Below the pieces are notes generated by a model. That model ran no database searches. It saw nothing but the letters and a program-made list of their open reading frames with translations, and was not told the DNA's origin. 64,000 bases of DNA from Cyanobacteria bacterium P01_A01_bin.123 (GTDB taxonomy: Bacteria; Cyanobacteriota; Cyanobacteriia; Phormidesmidales; Phormidesmidaceae). Of this stretch, positions 57,711 to 64,000 are shown in pieces (positions within the stretch are counted from its first letter, which is position 1; each line of letters begins with the position of its first letter). The translations under genes and the position numbers were made by a program. Location of the stretch: positions 1-64,000 of the forward strand of contig JBCBZT010000012.1 in assembly GCA_039815185.1 (NCBI GenBank). The letters are read 5' to 3'.

Positions 57711-59910
57711 TGCTCACCGTAGTCCCCAAATCAACCGAAGATTGGATTGTGAGTTCGCCGTTATGGGCCTCGATAATGCGCCGAGTAATCGCCAGTCCCA
57801 AACCATTTCCCGAGGCTTTGGTGGTAAAAAACGGCTGGGTGAGTTTAGGTAACACATCAGGGGGAATAGGCTCACCGCCATTGTGGACTTCAACATTCAC
57901 TTGTTCGTTGGATTGAGCCAGTCGCCAGGTAATGGTTTCCCCAGCAGGGGCAGCTTCGCAGGCATTGCTAACCAGATTGATAAATACCTGCTTGAGTTTG
58001 TCTTTGTCTCCTTTGATGGGGATAGCAGATTGATCGGCAACGACTTCAATGACGCGACTTGCGGCTGCGGGCATCGATCGTAGAGCAGGCAGCATTTCCT
58101 CAGCCAACTCATACAAATTAAGGGGGTTCGCATCAAGCTGTTGTTGTCTCGCATAAAGCAAGATTTCATTGAGCAACCGTTGCAGGCGTTCTGATTCTTC
58201 TAGGGCAAAGGTAAGCCGCATTTTTGCCCGTTCGGGTAAGTCCATGCGTTTAAAGGAGTTGAGCCCCATCAAAATCGTCGTCAGGGGGTTTCTCACTTCA
58301 TGGACAATCATGGCAGCAAGCTCTCCAATTTCGGCTAGGCGCGCTAGCGCTGATTCAGCCTGCTTGCGTGCGGTTGCGTCTCGGGCCAGGGCCAGCAGAT
58401 ATCTTTCACCGCTAAATTCCAAAAGGCCAACGCCGACTTCCACCGGAAAGGTAGACCCGTCTTTGCGCTGGTGGATACCTTCAATGGTGAGCGGTTTTCC
58501 AGGCACCAAACGCCGCCACAGATTTTGGAAATCCTCCGATCCAAGTTTTTTTTGAATGTCTGGGACTCTGAGCCGAACCAATTCATCACGGGTGTAACCC
58601 AAGCTGCGGCAAGCTTGCTGGTTAACGTCGAGAATTTGGCCGTGGACGTTGATTACATAAAAGGCATCTGCGGCTTGCTCAATTAAGGTCTTAAAGCGAG
58701 TTTCACTTTCCCTTAGCGCTTCTTCGGCCTGTTTGCGTTCAGTAATATCGTTGACTACGGCCAAAACACAGGTTTTGCCGCCAATTTCAATTTGCTCGGC
58801 GGAGTAAAGCACGGTTCGGATTTCTCCGGTTCGTCGCTGGAATTGATATTCTTGGTTGCGCACAAACCCTTCGGTTTTGATTCGGTGAATCATCGCAGCG
58901 CGGTGATCCGAGATGGGCCCCTGGGAGCTATTGCGGGTATCGGCCCATAACCCAATATCTAAGGCCGTTTTATCGATGACCTGAGGCAGTTCACTGCCGT
59001 GGAAGGCTAAAAAACTAGCGTTGGCTTCGATAATATGACCATCGGTCAATGTACTGAGGGTAATGGGGTTGGGGCTGGCTTGAAAAGCTTTGGAGAATTT
59101 TTCTTCCGATAGGCGCAAGCTAGCTTCTGCTTGCTTGCGCATGGCGATGGCGTCGACAATTTGGTAAAACATCTTTTCAAAAGCCGCAACCACATCTCCC
59201 AATTCGTCTTTGCGCTGGGATTGGAGGGATTTTTGAGTTGATTCAAACTGGAGCGATGCCGGATCGCAATCGTCCGTAATCGCCTGCCCGGCAGTGAGTA
59301 AATCGGTTCGCAGGCGCAGCACTGGCCCAATGATTAACCGCTCTAGAACGATCAATGCAGCACCCGTGACAAAAACGGAAATAATCAGTACTAATCCAGC
59401 GATCCGAAAAATAAACAAGATTATCTCTTGCCTAACCCAGGTGCTGTCATGGCGAATAATCGGGATATACCGACCCGTAAAGCGTTCTTCCAGGGGGGAC
59501 ATTTTCCAAACGGCATCGTAGCGGTTAGTGGCACGAGTGAATCGCTTGGTTTGGCCTCGATTGATTTCATCTATTGAAAGGTCTGGTGCTTCTTCAATGC
59601 TGCCGACCAGGCTGCCATCGGCCCGATAGAGGGCAATGCCCTTGACCACTGGATCCGCTAACATCTGTTCAAACTGGGCCAAGAGTTCCGGTTCCGTGTC
59701 GGCTATCCCACCCGCAGCTAAAATCCCTTCTCCTCGAGCTGTTGAGAGCTCTTTAAGATAATTCAACAGCTCTTGCTCACGTCGATAGACCGAAGGAATT
59801 AGAATAATTGCTTCAATCACCACAATGCTGAGGAATACCCACCCAACAATCCGTCGCGATAGGCGAGCTTTGATCAGGTCTTTCAAGGTACGTCGTAGCC
59901 GGGTTGCCAC
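57664..59910 (-). CDS. Membrane sensor histidine kinase (2 TM, HAMP-like, 2 PAS, HisKA-HATPase)
   Basis: Two TM segments, DELGDV, PAS domains, H-box IVHEVRNPL, N-box QVFINLVSNA, GNGLGL; AGGAGG upstream of the GTG start. Confidence 0.92.
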   Translation of the reverse strand: MATRLRRTLKDLIKARLSRRIVGWVFLSIVVIEAIILIPSVYRREQELLNYLKELSTARGEGILAAGGIADTEPELLAQFEQMLADPVVKGIALYRADGSLVGSIEEAPDLSIDEINRGQTKRFTRATNRYDAVWKMSPLEERFTGRYIPIIRHDSTWVRQEIILFIFRIAGLVLIISVFVTGAALIVLERLIIGPVLRLRTDLLTAGQAITDDCDPASLQFESTQKSLQSQRKDELGDVVAAFEKMFYQIVDAIAMRKQAEASLRLSEEKFSKAFQASPNPITLSTLTDGHIIEANASFLAFHGSELPQVIDKTALDIGLWADTRNSSQGPISDHRAAMIHRIKTEGFVRNQEYQFQRRTGEIRTVLYSAEQIEIGGKTCVLAVVNDITERKQAEEALRESETRFKTLIEQAADAFYVINVHGQILDVNQQACRSLGYTRDELVRLRVPDIQKKLGSEDFQNLWRRLVPGKPLTIEGIHQRKDGSTFPVEVGVGLLEFSGERYLLALARDATARKQAESALARLAEIGELAAMIVHEVRNPLTTILMGLNSFKRMDLPERAKMRLTFALEESERLQRLLNEILLYARQQQLDANPLNLYELAEEMLPALRSMPAAASRVIEVVADQSAIPIKGDKDKLKQVFINLVSNACEAAPAGETITWRLAQSNEQVNVEVHNGGEPIPPDVLPKLTQPFFTTKASGNGLGLAITRRIIEAHNGELTIQSSVDLGTTVSITLPSSLTIENNSES

Positions 59911-60153
59911 GGGTTGCAGAGCCTCCTTGTCAACGCTAGATTCGAGCGAATGATGCCATCTTAAACCCCAGACCTATAGATGCCGAACCAGAGACGAAGG
60001 GGGCGAACCCCATCGGCGTAGTTATCTTGAAAGGGCTAGACCAATCCAGAAGGCCATCGTCTTCAATGCCTGTGGGCAAATTGTACTGAACTTTTTTAAC
60101 CGCTGAATTGATTGTTGTTAAGAGAATTTTGTTGTTTAGGCTACAGTTTCTGA

Positions 60154-60660
60154 TTAAACCGGCTTCACTCGCATTAGCGTTTGACCGAACTCAACTGGAT
60201 CTGAGTTTTCGACTAGGATTTCGACAATTTCGCCTGCGATTTCGGCTTCTAGTTCGTTCATTAGCTTCATGGCTTCAATAATGCAAACGGTTTGGCCGTT
60301 TTGAATGCGATCGCCCACGTCAACAAATGGGGGCTCATCTGGGCCGGGAGACCGATAAAACGTACCCACCATGGGTGAAGTGATTTCAAGTAGGTTGGGA
60401 TCAGCTGATGGTGGAGGTACGGGACTCGGGAAAGGCGTGGACACTGCAGGAGTCGCTGGGGTTGAGGTTGGCAAGCTGGTGGGTAAAGGGCCAGCCGGTT
60501 GACTGCTGAGCGTATGGGTCTCTGAGACCACTAGGGGCGTTGCGGTTGACTGTTTGCGCAGGGTGAGCTCAAAATCGCCGCTTTTGAGCGTGAGTTCTGC
60601 AACGTCAGTCTGGTTAAGGGCTGCAACTAGATCTCGGAGTTCGCTAAAACTTAAATTCAC
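60154..60660 (-). CDS. accB: Biotin carboxyl carrier protein of acetyl-CoA carboxylase
   Basis: [10 protein letters not shown], biotinylation motif EAMKLMN, Pro/Thr-rich linker; GTG 60660 with AGGAG upstream. Confidence 0.97.
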   Translation of the reverse strand: MNLSFSELRDLVAALNQTDVAELTLKSGDFELTLRKQSTATPLVVSETHTLSSQPAGPLPTSLPTSTPATPAVSTPFPSPVPPPSADPNLLEITSPMVGTFYRSPGPDEPPFVDVGDRIQNGQTVCIIEAMKLMNELEAEIAGEIVEILVENSDPVEFGQTLMRVKPV

Positions 60661-60698
60661 TAAAATCAACTCCTGGGTTCACGGCGACCCGATGGATG

Positions 60699-60758
60699 CA
60701 TCGGGGCCTTTGGGCATAGACCCATTGGGGCCTTTAGGCATAGGCTCATCGGGCCTTT
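60699..60758. repeat. Imperfect 24-bp tandem repeat (2.5 copies) between efp and accB
   Basis: CATCGGGGCCTTTGGGCATAGACC / CATTGGGGCCTTTAGGCATAGGCT / CATCGGGCCTTT. Confidence 0.75.
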
Positions 60759-60772
60759 GACGCGATGACGGG

Positions 60773-61336
60773 TTAGGACGATTCTCTGCCGAGGTAGGTA
60801 TCGTTACGCGTGTCAACTTTGATCTTTTCACCGATGGAAATAAACAGCGGAACCATCACTTGGGCCCCCGTTTCAACGATCGCGGGCTTGGTTCCCCCGG
60901 TTGCTGTATCGCCTTTCACACCAGGATCGGTCTGGGTGACCTCTAGGACAACTGAGTTGGGCAACTCTACCTCTAGCACCTGCTCGTTCCAGCTGATCAC
61001 GTTGACTTCCATTTCTTCTTTGAGATACTTAACGCGATCGCCCACTTGATCTGCCCTTAGCCTGACTTCCTCATAGGTTTCCATATCCATGAAGACGAGA
61101 TCCTCACCATCACGATAGGTGTGCTGCATGGTGATTTTCTCGATCACGGCTTGGGGGACAGTTTCCCCAGCCCGGAAGGTGCGTTCAACTACGCTACCGG
61201 ATTGAACATTTTTTAGCTTGGTGCGGACAAAGGCTGATCCCTTGCCAGGCTTGACGTGTAAGAATTCCACCACACGCCAAACAGAACCATCTAGCTCAAT
61301 GCTGACACCGGTTCGAAAATCATTACTAGAAATCAT
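60773..61336 (-). CDS. efp: Translation elongation factor P
   Basis: [33 protein letters not shown]; efp-accB synteny. Confidence 0.98.
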   Translation of the reverse strand: MISSNDFRTGVSIELDGSVWRVVEFLHVKPGKGSAFVRTKLKNVQSGSVVERTFRAGETVPQAVIEKITMQHTYRDGEDLVFMDMETYEEVRLRADQVGDRVKYLKEEMEVNVISWNEQVLEVELPNSVVLEVTQTDPGVKGDTATGGTKPAIVETGAQVMVPLFISIGEKIKVDTRNDTYLGRESS

Positions 61337-61587
61337 GGCGCTGGCAAATTTTGGATGGAGAACAATGGGCACCTTATTTTACCGCTCAGAGGTTGTTTGA
61401 AAAGAGTATCTAGCGGCGATCGCCCCTTAGGTGATCATCAGGGTTCAAAGCTTTTTGCGAATGCTTTTTGCGCTCAAGGCTAGAGGTGAACCTCACTGTG
61501 GCAAGATCGGATAGGTACTTTTTGGCATCCCTGCTTTTAATTCCGCTCTTTCAGTTCTGCCTATAAAGCCCAATCGACCCCCAAAGC

Positions 61588-62745
61588 GTGACTAACCCAA
61601 TGGCTCTCATTCAATATTCACTCAAAACGATCGCTCTCAGCTTGATCAGCTTCATTGGATTGATTGCGATCAGCTTGAGCCCCGGTGGGTTCTGGCAAGC
61701 CCCTGTCCAAGCCCTACCCCTAACGGCTGCGCCGTTGCCCACTGTGGTTGCCTACTTGCCGCCTGGCAACGCCATTACCGACGGGCAAGCCCTACTCCGC
61801 TATTCTCTACCCATCGACAATACAGAAATTCGTAAAGTCCAAGGGGATCTAGAAGAGATTTCCCAATGGCTACGGTCAAAGCGCTGGAGCCCGATTAAGC
61901 GCAACATTGGCAAAGCTGAACGGGTCTTGGGTCGAGGGCACGACAAAATCTTGGCAGATGTGCCTGAAGCCAGTAAGGCCGGGGTTGAGACGGTGCTAGA
62001 CCAGCTGCAAGTGGGGCTACAACCCCTCCGGGATGCGGTTGAAGCCAAAGATAAAGAGCAGGTTTGGCTGCAGCGGGCGGCCCTACTCGATTTGGTGACC
62101 GTTATAGAAGAAGCGATGGTTGGCGACTTCCCCTTTGAAGTGCCAGTAGACTATAGCGACCTACCTCAACTCAAGGGCCGGGCCAGCGTTGAATTTGAAA
62201 CGACTAAAGGCACATTAGTCGCCGTGATTGATGGTTACAGCGCGCCAGTTACCGGGGGGAACTTTGTAGACCTAGTGCAGCGGGGCTTCTATGACGGCAT
62301 GGACTTCATCCGGGCAGAGGATAACTATGTGCTGCAAACAGGCGATCCAGCGGGTTCAGATGAGGGCTTTATTGACCCTAAAACGGGCGAATACCGGGCG
62401 GTTCCCCTAGAAATTTTGGTTCAGGGGGATGAAGAACCGGTCTATGGGGATACGCTAGAGTCTTTGGGACGTTATCTAGACGACCCTGTTCTGCCGTTCC
62501 AGGCTTTTGGCACATTGGGCATGGCTCGTCCCGGTAATGACCCCAATGGAGGATCCTCCCAGTTTTTCTTCTTTTTATTTGAACCTGAACTGACGCCTGC
62601 AGGGCTAAACTTGCTGGACGGACGCTACTCTGTCTTTGGCTACGTTGTGGACAACAAGGAAGTGCTAGATCAGCTGGGTCAGGGCGATCAAATCCTCAAA
62701 GCCCGCGTCGTGGATGGGTTAAATAACTTGGTGCAACCTGGCTGA
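61588..62745 (+). CDS. Thylakoid lumen cyclophilin-type PPIase (CYP38/TLP40-like)
   Basis: Signal peptide, LPPGNAITD..ALLRYSLP helical domain, APVTGGNFVDLV, GSSQFFF, LDGRYSVFGYV. Confidence 0.9.
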   Translation: MTNPMALIQYSLKTIALSLISFIGLIAISLSPGGFWQAPVQALPLTAAPLPTVVAYLPPGNAITDGQALLRYSLPIDNTEIRKVQGDLEEISQWLRSKRWSPIKRNIGKAERVLGRGHDKILADVPEASKAGVETVLDQLQVGLQPLRDAVEAKDKEQVWLQRAALLDLVTVIEEAMVGDFPFEVPVDYSDLPQLKGRASVEFETTKGTLVAVIDGYSAPVTGGNFVDLVQRGFYDGMDFIRAEDNYVLQTGDPAGSDEGFIDPKTGEYRAVPLEILVQGDEEPVYGDTLESLGRYLDDPVLPFQAFGTLGMARPGNDPNGGSSQFFFFLFEPELTPAGLNLLDGRYSVFGYVVDNKEVLDQLGQGDQILKARVVDGLNNLVQPG

Positions 62746-63764
62746 TGTCTGTGCCTACTGTTCAAGATTTAGGAGAAGTCGGGCTACTTGCCCATTTGAA
62801 ACAATACTGTCCGCCAGAAGCCATTGGTGATGATGGGGCGTTGTTATTGCTGGCGGCTGGCAAATCAGCGGTGGTCAGCACAGATTTGCTAGTGGATGGC
62901 GTGCATTTTAGCGATCGCACCACGACGCCCTTTGATGTGGGTTGGCGGGCGACTGCGGCGAATCTGTCAGATCTGGCCGCAATGGGGGCGGAGCCCATTG
63001 GCATTACGATTGCGTTGGGGTTGCCGGGGGCGACGCCGCTAGATTGGCTCGATGGCTTCTACCAGGGTGTTGTTGCCTGTCTAAAAACCTTTGGCGGTGT
63101 AATTTTGGGGGGCGATCTGTGTCGTTCATCTACGCTAACGGTATCGATCACGGCTTTGGGACAACTGTTTGCGGTCAAAGCGCTGCGACGGGGGGCCGCG
63201 CAACCTGGGTACGCCATTGTGGTGACCGGGGGGCATGGGGCATCGCGGGCAGGACTTGAGCTTTTGCTCAACCCAGCGATCGCCTCTAGACTTAACCCTA
63301 CTGATAAAGCCGCCCTGATTGAAAAGCACCAGCGACCCCGCCCTAGGTTTGACGTCCTACCGACCCTTGAAGACTGTTGGCGGCGGCAGCCCGCCAACCA
63401 GGGCATCGCGGCAATGGACAGCAGTGATGGGCTAGCTAACGCCATTGTGCAGCTTTGTCAGGCGAATGGGACAGGGGCGATCCTGAAGCGATCGCAACTC
63501 CCCAGTCCCCCCTGCTTTGGAGGCTGGCTCGATGCCAAACAAGCGATTGATTGGACGCTCTACGGGGGTGAGGATTTTGAACTGGTTCTAGCCATGCCGC
63601 CTGAAATGGCTGAAGCGTTTGTGGCGACTTTGGGGCCGCCCGTGTGCATTGTGGGGCAGATGGTAGACGACCGAGCGGTGCAGCTTATTGACGACGTGGA
63701 AGCAACAGGCACGATCGAACTGTCCCTCGATCAGGCCTTTCAGCATTTTTCAAAGGTGGAATAA
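62745..63764 (+). CDS. thiL: Thiamine-monophosphate kinase
   Basis: IGDDGA, STDLLVDGVHF, NLSDLAAMG, GGD, MDSSDGL, GGEDFEL; TGATG overlap with the upstream gene. Confidence 0.96.
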   Translation: MSVPTVQDLGEVGLLAHLKQYCPPEAIGDDGALLLLAAGKSAVVSTDLLVDGVHFSDRTTTPFDVGWRATAANLSDLAAMGAEPIGITIALGLPGATPLDWLDGFYQGVVACLKTFGGVILGGDLCRSSTLTVSITALGQLFAVKALRRGAAQPGYAIVVTGGHGASRAGLELLLNPAIASRLNPTDKAALIEKHQRPRPRFDVLPTLEDCWRRQPANQGIAAMDSSDGLANAIVQLCQANGTGAILKRSQLPSPPCFGGWLDAKQAIDWTLYGGEDFELVLAMPPEMAEAFVATLGPPVCIVGQMVDDRAVQLIDDVEATGTIELSLDQAFQHFSKVE

Positions 63765-63880
63765 TGCTGAGACTCAAGATGACGAACGAATACTGTATGG
63801 CTAACCATTGATTGACATAAGGCTGAGGTTGATACTTAGTAAGAAATCTACATAGAAACCCTGTTCCAAGACATCACTGC

Positions 63881-64000
63881 ATGGACGAGGTTGAACAGGT
63901 CATACGGGTTTTAGATGCAAATCTGTGCCCGATGGCGGCATGGGAGCAGGCAGGCTGTGGAGCATCCTTACCGCTGAAGTCAGCATCGGATCTTGTCGCG
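63881..64000 (+). CDS. Possible 5' part of an ORF running off the window
   Basis: ATG at 63881, open frame MDEVEQVIRVLDANLCPM... to the window end; TTGACA at 63812-63817. Family not recognisable from 40 codons. Confidence 0.25.
   Translation, partial: MDEVEQVIRVLDANLCPMAAWEQAGCGASLPLKSASDLVA

Larger units (their letters stand above)
1820..63764. repeat. HIP1 octamer (GCGATCGC) dispersed through most of the window
   Basis: Dozens of copies (six seen in tex alone); none seen in 1-1800 and one seen in 5197-9841. Confidence 0.9.

Noticed and set aside
60699..60758. CRISPR mini-array
   Set aside because: Units are directly adjacent with no unique spacers; no cas genes.
1807..63445. Many short ORFs antisense to or overlapping long genes (e.g. 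43143-43694, 49668-50114, 50829-51257, 31877-32332)
   Set aside because: Shadow frames of well-supported genes with no recognisable motifs.
63881..64000. thiE start (RVLDANL) or group II intron 5' end (GTGCCCG)
   Set aside because: The sequence after LDANL does not continue as ThiE (expected DRAREGLR-like), and too little sequence is available to support an intron.
1..64000. tRNA, rRNA, transposase, integrase or prophage genes
   Set aside because: No such signatures recognised by manual reading; a tRNAscan/Rfam run would be needed to exclude small RNAs.

Overview
Cyanobacterial chromosomal window: HIP1 octamer GCGATCGC is abundant, and NDH-1 CO2-uptake genes, an hli gene and a thylakoid cyclophilin are present. 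Core genes: tex, nfi, the ndhF3-ndhD3-cupA-cupS CO2-uptake operon, an hliD-like gene missed by the ORF track, recA with a LexA-like box, ltaE, tldD/tldE, accB, efp, a CYP38/TLP40-like PPIase and thiL. Accessory blocks: a HIP1-poor MalT-like LuxR/DUF4386/oxidoreductase module; a GT2-GtrA plus two GT-C glycosylation cluster followed by NYN and GNAT genes; secreted Cys-repeat and LRR proteins; SRAP next to an orphan N6-adenine methyltransferase; a Tat-exported caspase-like protease; and a FIST (NosP-like) gene between two paralogous hybrid histidine kinases. The best candidate for an undescribed system is a single-pass membrane protein with an N-terminal PD-(D/E)XK nuclease-like domain, third in a closely spaced recA-deacetylase run. 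No rRNA, tRNA, CRISPR array or transposase was recognised. All calls come from manual motif reading; no database searches were run.
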